In this document: one piece after another, positions 27,901 to 42,900 of the stretch
Numbering within the stretch: the stretch's first letter is position 1
Layout of the letters: the number at the start of each line of letters is the position of its first letter
Assembly (NCBI GenBank): GCA_038087875.1
Contig: CM075994.1
Coordinates: forward strand, 4,030,001-4,094,000
From: Malacoraja senta
Taxonomy: Eukaryota
Direction of reading: 5' to 3'
DNA: 64,000 bases
Position numbers and translations under genes: made by a program
The notes under the pieces: model-generated
The model's database searches: none
Seen by the model: only the letters and a program-made list of their open reading frames with translations
Told to the model about the DNA's origin: nothing

Positions 27901-30900
27901 CTATGCACATATTATAATGTAACTGTTCTGCCAGTGCAGTTAATATTTTAATTGTTTTGTTTGATACTTATTTCAATTCTCCGAAGTTCTATTTGTTTGC
28001 ACTCGAAGACAGAGTGGAGATCTGACTTTCTCCCAGAGTGGTCTGCAATCGTGGACTTCTTGGTGATGTTGCACAATTATCTATTTCCAACATGATTGAG
28101 GAACAGCAAGATCGCGATTGTTCTGGGGCGATTTGGTTAGAGGCGCAACTAGGTCTTGAGTGCAGATTTTCGGCTTAAGTGTTGAGTTGCATGATTGGGA
28201 TATCACGCGAAGCGAATCGAGTACCCTGAGTGGTTATATTTTTGATTGTGGGGGTTGCAAGACGAAGATGAGATGAATGTTTGCTCGGCACTTCTAACTT
28301 ATTATCGTTGTATTCACGTTTAATTATGCCGTGTCCCGTAATTCTTCAGGATGTCTGTTTGCTAGTACCTTCTACTTGACTGTTTGGGTACCCACAATAA
28401 AACGTGAATTGATAGTGACTGATGACCACGATCACAGCCGCTGTTCGAGAGATGGCCTAGCTTTTCTGTTCTGTGCAACACGTGTTTAATATCATCTCGA
28501 CGTATAATCCGGTGTTGCAACATTGGTATGAATGGTGTTTCATTTGGGCATGCCGATGCTAATCTACGTTTCTGTTTCTACCTCCTCCTTGAAAAACTGT
28601 TGGACTCTCGATTGGTGATATGCCGAATCACGGGTCGCAAGTTCCAACGGTGTATGTTTCTGTGAGTGCTATTTGTTCGCTGGTCCGATCAGGATATTTT
28701 CTCTGCCGATTGGTATAATGTAGTGTCAGGTAATACGAAGGACAGCATCGTACAGTTCAAATGAGACGCCACAGAATTCAGCGATTATAATTTCACGTGG
28801 AACTGCCGCGATCTGCTGCATCTGCCGCAGTAATATTGGTGAGAAGGATGTCAAGTACGATGAGCCCTGACTTTGTTTCATGACGGTCGTGTCGAGTCCT
28901 AGTCTGGCAAATATATCATGCAGTATGCAAGTTGCCGATTCCGTGGCCAATCTACCAAACCAGCTTTTGTATTTGGATGATTCCTGCACACGGTGCAGTT
29001 TGCGTCATTGTTACTTTCATCACTTCTTCCATGTAGTTAAACATGGATGGCCACGGCAGCACTCATAAACATAGTGCGTGTAGATCAGCAGGATGAATCC
29101 TTCCCCAAATGTTATATGGAATTTCGTGGGATAAAATTCAATCTGGAGAACGACAACTCTGCGCCCTCTGTGTGCATATCACCCTGCACCAATATTCTGT
29201 ATTCATTTATGTAAAAGGGAGAGAACGTAGCCAGAAATCAAAAGCCTGCGTGTTACGGTTTATACGCCCCCCCCCCCCATCCACACTCCAAATACATTGG
29301 TTCATTGACCACGGTAATTTGTAAATTGTCACGTGTGTGTGTGTGATAGTGTTAATATGCAGGCATCGCTGGTCGGCGTGGACTCGGTGGGATGAAGGGA
29401 CTGGTTTCACGCAATGTCTCTAAACTAAACTAAACCTAATTAGTGAGGGGATATTGCACGATGATGGAAGGTACATTTCCATTGTATGAACTGTTCTGTG
29501 GATCGGCTCCCCCGGCTTACGCACGAAGTTCCGAATGGTTTTATTTTGAAGAAGTCTTTGAAAGATCGATTAAGATGGGCATCTCCAACACTCGTGACAT
29601 GGACGCAAATAGATGGTGCACATTGCTTCTCCGTTTCAGTGCGTGCTCGGCCTTGTATCTTTTAAACTGAAGATGGTATGAAAACATTAATAATCAGATG
29701 TTTCCAAGGTACATCTAGTTCACAGGACTATTTCACTCCCGCAATAAGTAATACACAATACTTATCAATAATAATCAAGCTTAAGGGACGAATTATTATA
29801 ATTAATAAGTGTAATGTGTTTCCTATCGTAACATAGAATAATTATGTTATTTTTTCTGGTTTGATTTATGCCAGCGGATTCCAGAATTCCAGGTACAGTT
29901 CTAATCCCTTGTATACAAATGGTGTTCCATAAGCATATCATCATATCATGTTATCGAAATGTTTACTTGCAAGTGCAGACTCGCGTGTCGACGTCTGTAA
30001 ATGTGGCGATTGCGCAGAAAATTAAACAGGGATCTCGTTACTAAGATGGGACACGGAGGTTTTATGGACAGAGATGCATGGAGGTCTTTGCCCTGCCTTG
30101 AGGGTTTGGGGGCCATTTCAACATACCTGTTTCTATCAAAGGAGAAACAAATAACTACAGCTTCTTCTTAGGAAAATAAGACACAAATTCCTGCATAAAG
30201 TGAGCTAGTCATGCAGCATATCTGGAGAACATCGATAGTTGACATTTCGGGTCTGGACCCTTCTGCCGATTCTTTATGTGGGGGGGAGGGCGGGAAGTGA
30301 AGAGGGACAGGAGATAACAATTATTCAAGGTGCAAGGCTGCAAAGGTTGAAAGCTTGACAATTGAACAATTGAACAATTGACAATTGACAATTGCCAGCT
30401 TATCGTGTATGACGCCCAGTCCCATGTGTGTTTTTGGAAATTACCTAAGATAGAGAAACTAAAAGGTTTCCTTTATTAAACGGTATTACAACTAAAAGGT
30501 TTCCACGGTTGTTTGTTCGTGATGATTCGGATCATTATTATTATTATAATTTTAACAACATAAGTAGCAGGAGACAACAACGAGAAACATAGTTAGAATG
30601 TTCAAAAGTACTCAATTAGGGGCAAATTGAAATTGTTAAAATGAACAATTCTTCAAACTGAAAACATATTAACATGAAAACAGAAAGAATGGATGATTTG
30701 AGCATTTTACGACCAGCAAACTGATGCCGCTTATTTGCAATTAGGATACCATAGTCCATCGGTTCATCGCATTCTGTATTAATTACAGATGGTACGAAAC
30801 AACGAGACGATAGTATCATTGCGAATATTAAGATATATCTGTATCTTATTAAGATATAGCTGTGCGAAATGTGACCGTTTCTCTATTACAAATGGGCAAT

Positions 30901-33900
30901 GCATATTACGTAAGGTTGAACACACTGTCTTCATGTGTTCAGTGGAAGTTATTTTTCTCTCGAATTCGAGGGTGCAAATTTAATGCTAACCATTTGCGAG
31001 GCATTGGCATTTATGACATTTCTTATATGTATATTCATGACGTCAGTTATAACAGCTCTGACATGATTACATTTCGTTCTCAACAGGCTCATTCAACAGA
31101 GATGATGAACCATTCAATGGTAATGTATTTCTGCTAAGGTTTTATCATTCACTTCAAACGATTCACATGAAGATGCCTGATATACATTTAGATATGGGAC
31201 CAGATAAATTACTGAAACGGGAAAACAGTAAAAACCAGGAAGTAAGATCTTGCTCACCCCATCAGCAAAATGCTAAATTCCAATTTCAGCACTGCTGTGG
31301 TATCAAATTAATTTTATTTCTGTAAAACTTCAACTGATTTACGATTACGGATATTAGCTCAAGTGGCTTTCTCCAACTCTTAAACGTGCTTTTATCATAT
31401 GTCTAATTGCTTGTTTGTTACTTTTCTTATCAGAATGCAAGAAGCTTCTTCAAGCGAGCAGTGAGTAATAAATATCAAATCGCAGGAACGGGTTATTTTT
31501 GATTTGATGTTTCTATGATCTGTTGTGTGTCTGCGGCATGTATGTTATGTGCGATATTCGATTGTTTTTGGGGGGAAAGTTTGGGGCGCCATATTCCTCG
31601 CCAGACCTACATTTTAGTCCGGGGGTAACAATTACATCATTACCACCGGCAAGTTGGTACAATATCGTAGAGGACGATGCCTCCACTACTGCCAACGTAC
31701 TGATCACAGAGCTACATGGTTTACCGTGAAAGTTTGAATCGGTCTGGAAAACCCTATCTTTCTCGTTTCCCTTCTCCCCCTTACCAGTCTGAAGAAAGAT
31801 CTCGACCCGGAACGTCTGTTCATTCTCTCCAGAGATGCTGCCTGTCCCGCTGAGTTATTCCAGCATGTTGTGTCTATCTTTGAAAAACCTAACGTATGTG
31901 TCAACAGTTCACTCGACCCCTCCAGGATAGTTTCTAATATTTCATATATTCTACATAAAGCTGTTAATGCCCGCGTGGATTTAGGCTCAGTTCACTAATT
32001 AGGAAAGTAATTCGGCAAGGAAAGGAAAATATAATTAAAACACGGACATCTAGAGGTGTAATTTTCAAAATGTGAATTATTTATGAATTTATACTAGGCC
32101 GAAAATATCTTTAACAACAGTTCACGATATCTGTTCTGCATTGTAATGGAGCGAACGTTTAATATGTGTTTTCAGGTTCCATGTGTGTAATGTTAGTGAC
32201 AGTGACTATAAAGCACTATTGTGTTCAGTTGTTTTAATTTCAATGGATTATTCTCTCGCAGTGAGACAACTACTTGTAAAAGATATCGGTGAGTTCTAAT
32301 ATCTATCTACATACTTTCAGTTCTTCTTGCTTTATTTTCACACCATCAATCCAAACATTTGATTTGATTTTTACTGAATCATTATTTTTGCGCCGTTTAT
32401 TTGTGTCCTGCATTAAACACAACTCTTGGCAAATAGGTGACAACTAATTGACAACACGTATCCTGCAGCAATATCAATTCGAAGCGAAGGGACCAAACTG
32501 AAATAGTGCATATAGCAACACATACAAATCAGAAATTTCTCTTGGCTGATGCAAGTCAATAGACAATAGACAATAGACAATAGAAAATAGGTGCAGGAGT
32601 TGACCATTCGGCCCTTCGAGCCTGCACCACCATTCACTGTGATCATGGCTGATCATCCCCAATCAGTACCCCGTTCCTGCCTTCTCCCCATATCCCCTGA
32701 CTCCGCTATTTTTAAGAGCCCTATCTAGCTCCCTCTTGAAAGTATCCAGAGAACCCGCCTCCACCGCCCTCTGGGACAGAGAATTCCAAAGAATCACCAC
32801 TCTCGGTGAGAAAAAGTGTTTCCTCGTCTCCGTTCTAAATGGCTTACTCCTTATTCTTAAACTGTGGCCCCTGGTTCTGGACTCCCCCAACATCGGGAAC
32901 ATGTTTCCTGCCTCTAGCGTGTCCAAACCCTTAACAGTCTTATATGTTTCAATTAGAATACCTCTCATCCTTCTAAACTCCAGAGTGTACAAGCCCAGTT
33001 GCTCCATTCTCTCAGCATATGACAGTCCCGCCATCCCGGGACTTAACCTTGTAAAGCTACGCTGCACTCCCTCAATAGCAAAAATGTCCTTCCTCAAATT
33101 AGGGGACCAAAACTGTACACAATACTCCAGGTGTGATCTCACTAGGGCTCTGTACAAATGCAGAAGGACCTATTTGCTCCTATATTCGATTCCTCTTGTT
33201 GTAAAGGCTAACATGCCATTTGCTTTCTTCACAGCCTGATATACCTGCATGCTTACTTTCATGGACTGATGTACAAAGACCCACAGATCCCGTTGTACTT
33301 CCCCTTTTCTCAACTTGACGCCATTTAGATAGTAATCTGCCTTCCTGTTTTTGCTACCAAAGTGGATAACCTCACATTTATCCACATTAAACTTCATCTG
33401 CCATGCATCTGCCCACTCACCCAACCTGTCCAAGTCACCCTGCATTCTCATAGCATCCTCCTCGCCGTTCACACTGCCACCCAGCTTTGTGTCATCTGCA
33501 AATTTGATAATATTACTTTGAATCCCTTCATCCAAATCATTGATGTAAACAGCTGCGTTCCCAGCACCGAGCCTTGCGGTATCCCACAGGTCGCTTCCTG
33601 CCATTGTGAAAGGGACCCGTTAGTCCCTACTCTTTGTTTCTTGTCTGCCAACCACTTCTCTATCCATGTCAGCACTCTACCCCCAATACAATGTTCCCTA
33701 ATTTTGCCCATGAATCTCCTATGTGGGACCTTATCAACCATAATTTTCTTCCACATCCACAAGTGATAGCGTGGTAGGACTACAGTAACAGAGTAACAAT
33801 GCGCCTGGACTACCAGGTTGAATTCTAATTTCCGGTGCTGTCGTATTTGTATTGTCTCCACGTTGTCGATTTTCTCACACAATACATGTATAGATCAAAT

Positions 33901-36900
33901 GGCCGGAGTAAGATCTCCGAAAGTGAGTCGTCAAATGCCGAAGGGCTACACGGCTATCCACTTCGAGTAAAACGTGATTACTGTGAATCGGTACTTGATG
34001 GCCGCCATTGATGTGGCGAGGGTCTCCTCCATATTAGTTTAGTTTAAAGGTACAGCGCGGAAACTGGCCCTTAGGCTCACCGGTTCCGCGCCAACCAGCG
34101 ATCCCCGCATATTAACACTATCCTATACCCATAGGGACATTTTTTACATTTACCAAGCCAATTAACACACAAACCTGTACGTCTTAGGATTGTGGGAGGA
34201 AGCCCAAGATCTCGGAGAAAACACACGCAGGTCACGGGAGCAACGTACAAACTCCGGACAAACAGCAACCGTAATCGGGATCGAACCCGGGTCTCTGGCG
34301 CTGCATTCGTTGTAAGGCAAATATTGTAATATAATCGTATTGTATGATTCTATTAGACCAGTCCCTGAATTTCCTTGTCATACATTAGGCACGCATGCAC
34401 ATTGCGAATTGTTTTATATTCTGAACAATGTAGTAGCAATGTTACAAAATTTTGAGATTTAAAAAATAAAGTCTGCAATTTATCCCATCAGATAAAGCAT
34501 AAAAAGAAGTTTAATTTGACACCTAATTCACTTTCATATCTTCAGTAATAAAACATTTATGGCCATTTTCATACTCGGAAATTAGCATCTTGTTCCCTAT
34601 TGCTTTTCCATTAACTTAACACAAAAGCTGTGATCGAGGACAGTTAAAAGCCCAAAACTTTCTTAAAAATTAAGAGAACTGAAAGAAATTTTCAGTTATT
34701 ATAGATTGAAGCATTCTGAAACAAATATGAAACAATCCTACTTAGAAGACATGAAATTAAAGCATATAATAAGTTAGTTACCTAATTGTAGCTAATTACA
34801 AAACTCAATTACTAGATCTAAACATCTATCAATTTCTTTAGAATAGATTAACATTTTTAAATAGCCTAAGTGTCCAAATAACATTCACACAAGAACTCAC
34901 AATATAACATCATTTTTAAATCTCATTGTCATGAATTTACAGGCCAAATGGAAGGAATTGAATGTTTAATACCTGTAAATTAATGGGCATTTAAATCATC
35001 TTGCGAGTGAGGATTTCTGGAACGCGATCTTTTGGACCGTTGATTTGCGGTGAATTTAACCCCATATCGGCATGAAAAATTCTGCCGTTAGTTCGGGGAA
35101 TAAAATCACCGTTTCGCAAGCAAAAATGTGAATTAAAGGCCTCTTAAGAAGCACTTTTATACATTAAAATAAATCACTTTCGTTTACCTGTCCCTTATGT
35201 GAAATCCGTCCCCGTTATCGGCGTTGACGGCTTCAGGAGCTGATTTTAAAATGACTCCAGCGCTGACATTGTCAATTTAATAAAAAATAAAAAATTCACA
35301 AAACACCCCTAGGAACGATTTTTCAGCAAACGCTTGTACTCCAACGAAATATAATACAGGACAAGGTAGGAGAAACCTGCGTTTTAACCCCGCCCGCCCC
35401 CCCCCCTCTAAAGGCGCCTAAATCGCGCACACGGCCAGTGGCAGAATTACAGCGCGACTGAAGGAAAGTATTGTAACATACCTAAATGTAGCACATTGAG
35501 AAGATTCAACGTCTTTTTTTTTTTAATTTTGCACAGAATCAGTTAGCTTACTCAATACATTTCCGCATCTTCTCTTTTCAACTTCTCCCTCTGTCAACAA
35601 TTGTTTCCGGGTCGTTTTAATATCCAGGTCCTAATCACCTTCGCTTCAATGAAATTTGTACGCATTGGTTCCCAGTTTACATGCACTTTAGCCATAAAGA
35701 AATTGGCTTTCTCTTGCATATACCTGTGCGTTTAGCATCAAGTAATGCTGACTGGCCCTTCGATCCCCAGTAAAGGGAAATCGTTACTCCTATTTCATTC
35801 ATTTCAGCATATATCACGCCTTTATATACTTCCATTATTTCCAAGGAAAGATAACGGATTTTCCCATCAAACCTGCACGCGCAGTAGTGCATTATGTTTC
35901 CATATATCTTTACGACCTGGAAGAAGAAAATTTACTACTGTCAAGAGAATGCCGGCTCAAGGAACAAAGTTATTCCTTGGTATTTTCTCGTAATCTATTC
36001 TCTTCGCATTTTCAACGACTGCCCTGCTCTACATTTTACCATTACTTGGTCACTGTAGGTAATTTACATTGGGCAATTAACCTACCAAATCGCGTCCCTT
36101 TGGGATATGAGAGTAAATCGGATCATCCGCAGTAAACCCACACGATAATCGTGGGAACGTATTAATTGTGTACAAATAGTTGGTTAAACAACGCACCGCC
36201 AATGTCTTTCCTATCACATGTTAATCGTAAGTATAAGTGAAATACCACTGCTCTATTAAAGTTTATAGGCATTCGACATGACTATTTGAGATTTAAATTC
36301 CCAGTTTCCATTTACTTTCCATAACCTTCCGCAACCCACTCATTCAATCTATCTACAATATATGGGAATGTTGCTCTTCCTTAATGTAGTGATAACCCAG
36401 GTGAAATATATTCGTACTGAACTATCAAACTAGAGTTTATTTTATAATGCTAACAATTCGGCAATAACACAAAGGAATATATTTAAAACACCACCCGAAA
36501 ATGTTAGTGATTCGAAATAATCAGATAATATTCAGATTTATACCATGGCAATAATGCATTTATAGCATATTCATCCGTTGCTCACGAACTGACAAATGAT
36601 ATACCACATCATGCTTGTGGAGAGCTGGAATTAATCTTTGCATGGCTTATCTGTTACAGAAATAGGGAAACTGAACGCTAGAGTGCAAGATGCTGGTAAG
36701 CCTTCCGTGCCTTAATTTGTAAATATACTTTCTCAACATCCTTTGAACGACTTTGGATGTTTGCGCTTTATGCCCCTTTCAAAATAATACCTACATTTGT
36801 AAAGATTTGTGTTGCCTATTATTGCTAGCTTTGCGATTGGATGGGTAGTACATTGCACATATTCGCCTTCTAAGTTGAGACATGTTTCGGTTTAGACATT

Positions 36901-39900
36901 AAAGGCTAAGAAAAACATCGATACTGATATGCAAAAATTATATCTTCGTTTTTGGACCAAGTCTTTCGAAGCTTCATCCTATCTACTTCCTCCTCCTGAA
37001 TATTCAGACTTTTTATAGCTTGTTTTGAGTAAAGCGTCATGTGTTGTCCAACCGTAACTGCCCTTGATAATGTAGTGGTGAAAACCTTTCCTTATTCTGT
37101 TCCATCCGTTACAAATAACCAAATGGTCTTTTTAGAAATGGAGATTCGAAATCCAGAGCCAAAGATGCTTCGGAAATAGCAAGAGTTTGTAAAATCAGGA
37201 TGCTGTTTACCTAAACGTGAACCTAAACTAGTAGTAATAATAGTATAATCTAAATTGGAACAGCTAATGTTCAATATCTTGTGCACCAAAAAAACACTAG
37301 TTTGGATTGCGTTTGATGGCACATATAGCAACACATAAGCTGTACGTGCCTTTTTGGACAAATATCTTACAGAGGAAGGTCTGCGTGCAAAGGATGCAGG
37401 TAAAACAAATTTACTCAAATAATATGTTTTTCTTTAACTGGTGGTTCCACCAACATCTAAAACCATCAGAAAATCGCGTGACGTTTTTTGCGTCAGTCTT
37501 CTCAGTGGTAAGCATCGGCAAAATACCAAGTTTGTGGATGATCCGAAGATAGGTGGAAGGGCAATTCTGTGACGGATAATGGGATTTGCAGAAGGATGTC
37601 AGCAGGTTGGGAGAGCGGCCTAAGTGGGTCAAAATGGCAACGGAATACAAAGTAGCAAAATGTACGGCCATGCACTTCTCTAACGAGAATAACGACGAAG
37701 AATGATTTCTAAATCGGAGGTGCAAGGGGTCTTGAATGTACTGGTGCGGGATACTCCACAATCCTTCTTGTCGTTCTCCTATCCTCATTGCAGCACAACT
37801 ATACCCATTCATATCGCTATAAAACTCTGATACATCTCACACATTTAATATACACTCGGATGTATCCCAAAACCCTCGCTCGAACACTCGGATACTCAAT
37901 TGGCAACTCATTTTTACACTCCTGTACAATCCATAACCTCTCTATAACGCTCTGGTACAACTGCACCTCGTCAATGAAACACTGTAATAGACCACCTCAT
38001 CCTACATCGCTGTGCCACTCTGATGCAAGCAACACCCTTCACTGCACATTTCTGATTAACCGAATCAGGGAATACATGGAATAATTGAATTTCACCAAAT
38101 GAAATCAGGCCGTGTCGCAAAGGGCTACATTTTTTTTTAAATTCATACACGGTGTTTCAATATTCGTACACGGCACCCATCTCTATTAATTCCACCGCAC
38201 AATACTTGCCCTGTATGGCTGAGCAATTCATGTTTCATATACCACACACAGTTCAGTTTAACTCTGTGATGCACACGGTTTCCGTCAGTGTTACGTCTTG
38301 ATGTACACCATATCCCTCACAGTCGTGCTTTGATGCAGCCCGCATCCCTCACTGGATTATACTTTTTCTTGCGTATGGGTGCACAGCCTAAAGTTGTAGG
38401 TCAATTTGTTCTATTTGATATATTTGTTTGTGCACGTCGGGTTGATTGCATTATTCGAAACATGGTGGACCACGTGAAGTTGCAATCTCCCACCCCACTG
38501 GATTATACTGTAAACATAGCATTAATTGGTATTAACAGTGATAACTGATGCTTAATTGCAGAATTGTTTTATTTCGACATATTTTAACTCCGCAGCTCTC
38601 GCAATCAAGTTCGAATATATTTATGGATACTTCGCACAGTTCAGTGGAAAGATTTGTAGTAACTTCTTTATTACAGTTAAAAATAAAGGCAAAAGATAAA
38701 TATTGCACACGGGAAAGAAATCGTATACTTACTTTACCTATACGTGTAGACAGTAATGCAAGTGAAACTCAGCGGTTGAGGCAGCAACTATGGAGCGAAG
38801 GAAATAGGCGGCGTTTCGGGTCGAGACCCTTCTTCGGTGTGTGTTGTAGCGTCATTGCAGAATATAGGGTCTAACCACCTATATGTGTGTGTTGTCGCGT
38901 CATTGCAGAAGGGTCGTGCTCCGAATTCCATATCAAGACAATTCTCCCACGAATCACAAGCTCAGCAAAATAATGTATTTCTATTCGATGTTTAAAATTC
39001 AAACAAATATTGTGCCCTCCCCTAGAATAATCCCATTAATGCAGGTGCATCTCCAAATCGAGATGCGAGAATTAGAATCATGCACATACGTTCATGAATT
39101 TCCTCGACTTCATATGATGTATTAAGATGGCGACTGCCTTTGTTTTTGAGGGTCACTATAAAAGATCCCGTTATTCAAAGAAGAGTCCGAAAACTAACCT
39201 CGATAATACCAAAATAAATTCATCTGTTTTTATTATTTCCACTTCCTTGCAGTTTACATATTGGCTAGCGTGCTACCTGTATTAACATACAACCGTAATA
39301 GTATACTGCCCGGCATTTTTTTCTTTCAACGTTAAGTATCTGCTGATAGGAATTAGTTGAATAAATACATCTTGGGCGTTCCGAATGCTGTCCATATTTT
39401 CTTTCCTCTCTCAGAACTGGAATCATTAATAATGACTAAGGTAATCAAAGTCTATAAATAATCGAACGACCACTCGAGTAGTCATTCTATCCGCTCTGAG
39501 AAAGTAACATTTACAACACAACTTGCCGTATAAACATATCAATTCACTTGCAATTGTCAGACTCTGAACTTTGAAACACATGCGAATGTTATAACTCCTG
39601 AAAAGTAACACTATTCATCAATGCAATATGAAAGGGGAACGGTTTAAAAGGGACATACGGTCAATATTTTCACACAGACGGTCGTGTGTAAGCTGCCAGA
39701 AAAAGTTGTCGAGGAAATTACAATTACAATGTAACAAAGTTATTGACACAACTTTAGAGTGATATAGACTAATGGGAATAGGACTAACTCGGATAGATGT
39801 CTTCATCGGCATTGACGAGGTGCGCCAAAGGGCATTTGCGTTATATGACCCTTATAGTATGAAAATCGTGCGTTACAGTGTCCTTGAATACTGTTCTTGA

Positions 39901-42900
39901 ATAATTGCGTGCAATTTGTGATTATCTGCAGAGTGGAATTATTTTCTTTGAGGTCTCCGTAAGTATAAAACACGCAACGTTGTTTCCCCAACACCTGCTA
40001 CTCATCTGTAAATATTTTGAAAATGTAAACACTGGCCATTTTCGAATTGGTGTTGATGTAATGGCTTCATTTGCTTTAAATATATTTTGCAGAAGTATTC
40101 GCTTAACTTATGCTTCAAACATTTTATAGATCTGAAGAAACGTTTGCTATCCTCTTTTATATTATTAACTAGCTTACCTTCTTGTTTTATCTTTTCTCAT
40201 CCTATTTTCTTTTTAGTTACCTCAGTTGGTTTTTAAAAGCTTTCCAATCCTCTGGCTTCCCACTATTCTTTGCGATATTATATGCCTTCTCTTTTAGTTT
40301 TATTCTCTTTCACTTGCAATGTCAGCCTTTCGCTTTAAGATGAAAAGATTCTGCGTCGGCCGAGTCTATCCCAGTAACTCCTGTTATTGCTGATCCACTG
40401 TCATTCCTGCAAGGGTCCCTTTCCAAGCAACTTTAGCCAGCTCTTCACTCATGCCTGTATTTATCTTTGCTCAACAGTATTCCCGGCACATCTGATTTTA
40501 TCTTCTCCCTCTCAAACTGCAGTTTGAATTTTATCATATTATGGTCATTACCTCCTGGGGGTTCCTTTACTTTAAGCTCCCTTATCAAATCTAGTTTGTT
40601 TCACGACCCCAAATCTTGAATTTAATTTTCCCCAGTTGGATCGATTGCAAACTGCTCTGAGAAGACATCTCGTACGCACTTTTCAAATTCCTTCTTTTCG
40701 GATTCAATATCAACCTGACGTTTCCAGTCTGCCTGCATATTAAATTCCCTAAGGACCACTGGAATATTTCCATTCTTACATGCCGATTGCATCTCCTGAT
40801 TTAATTTCTACCCTACATCCTGGGAACAGAGGCCTGTATACAACTCCCATCGGGTTATTTTTACCCTTGTAGTTTCACTCGATCTTATCGGTTTCCCAAA
40901 AATGCCTTTTAAATTTTCTGCCGACGAATCGGCTCATCCATGTCTGTGTACTTCCAGGGGCTGAACATATAAGCCCATGCACAATACACACATAACATAG
41001 TCCGTTAGACTTGAACCGGTGCCGCGATCATTCAACATTTTCTAACATTTTTGTCTGAGCACTGCAGTTTCTAATGGTTTTCCTCACTTCCGGAAGTATC
41101 GCGTGTGCGCCAAGTCTGCATTTTGCCTCAATCCATGATGTTTGCGTTTTCGTCCGTTGTATTGAATTATGAGCGTTAACCTGTCTTAGTAAATGTAAAC
41201 ATTAGACTTACCAATCTACAATACTCTTTTACAGTGAGCGACTTGCGAAGGAAAGAACAAGGTAAATGCGGTAGCATTGTTATACTGTGCGCTGAGCAAT
41301 GTTAAATGACTTCAAATTTCTGATTGTGAAGTGGCAGATCCAGAAAAGGTCCAATGTTTGCCTAATTAATATTCATCTCTGCAATCACGATTCCACTCTT
41401 CCTTATTTATTTTGCATTTCACAACAAATCGTTTCATCAGAGAAGCTCCCGGAAACACGGCAGCTTTAGATTGCTAAGCTTGTATTTTTTATAAAATCCG
41501 TGCCACTATAATTGGTAGGGCTATAACATTGCTTTGTGCTACTGGTTGATTTCAGAAATAGAAAAATTGAAAAAGAGTCTGCAGGACGCAGGTGAGTTAT
41601 CATGTAATGAATATTTTCTTCTAAATAATTACATCAAAATTGGTAACATGTCCTACATTTTCTGTTGTTGACCTGTATAAGGCGAGTAGAACGTTTATAA
41701 TGTTTCTCTGCATATTTACGCAGGTACATGCATATCAAAATATGAAGAAGAAACGACGTTTGTCCAATGCTCCGCTTTTTGCTTGCTTGCTTCCCCGACA
41801 GCGAACGTTCAATTAATTTTGACTTGAAATGCACTGTTAAATGTGCACTCCGCTATGACATGTCAAGAGGTGTTGGGCCTTGCCGTTAACGTCATCATTT
41901 TCTGGTTTAATACACGACTTCAATATGAAGTGTTTCGATGCTTATTGTTATTCTATATTTCATAATGTGATTCCTACTTTAATTATTATGACATTTTCAT
42001 ATACTCTGTAAATATCACAGCGTTTCCTGAAAAAGCAAGGACGCTGTCAGAAGGGTCATTAATCAGCCTGGGCGATTTTCTCAACCTTATGACTGTCATA
42101 AGCCGCATCTGAAATAATTTCGCTGCATAATTTATACACAAACCATCTCGGACTAGGTTGACTAAATAGATCCTAAAATATGTCTGTAACATAATAGATA
42201 TCAGTATTGGTATCATCAAGATTCTTGGGAAAACAAACAGTCCGCCTTCAGTTTAACAGGCCTGAACCTCACTTTCATTTGCCTCCGCACCAAGAAATCT
42301 ATCAATATATTATTGCTGATGTGCTCTTTCCATTATTTATAAAAGCACCAAGAATTAAAATTGAGCGAATTTCGCGTTAGTTTCTCTTATTGCCATAAAT
42401 CAAGGAATTATATCTGTAATGTTCTTACTTTTAATAAGAGCTATAAACTGTTCATATCAATTGCTCCACAGAATGCATCGCGCATCTTATGCAGCGCCGA
42501 TATCCCCTCCGTTTATTTAGTCACGTCGTTCTTCGCCTTTCAATTCTTTCAGATGAAATAAATACCGGCACTTTTGCCCAGAGCGATAACATGTAAATGT
42601 TAATTCCGACTGAATAGCGTGCCATAATCACATTTGTTGATTACAAGGTATGGAATGTCATCCGAAAGATTGTTGTGCTGTAGTTTTAAATGAGATACCG
42701 AAGATGGTGGGACAGTAATTCCTCTGCTTTATTTTCCACTTCTCGTCATTCAGCTCTACAATCCATTTTCTTCCACCCAACTCCTTGCTGTCCTATCAAC
42801 GAAGCTGTTTGTGTAAATACAAATCTAGTTGTTCTATGATGGCACGATCCAAGCTGTAAATGTATGATTTATTTTAAATTAACTTCAGCGGCTCGAAATA

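Noticed and set aside
30789-30791. 3-nt candidate exon (attacag|ATG|gtacga)
   Set aside because: Too short to support without RNA data.
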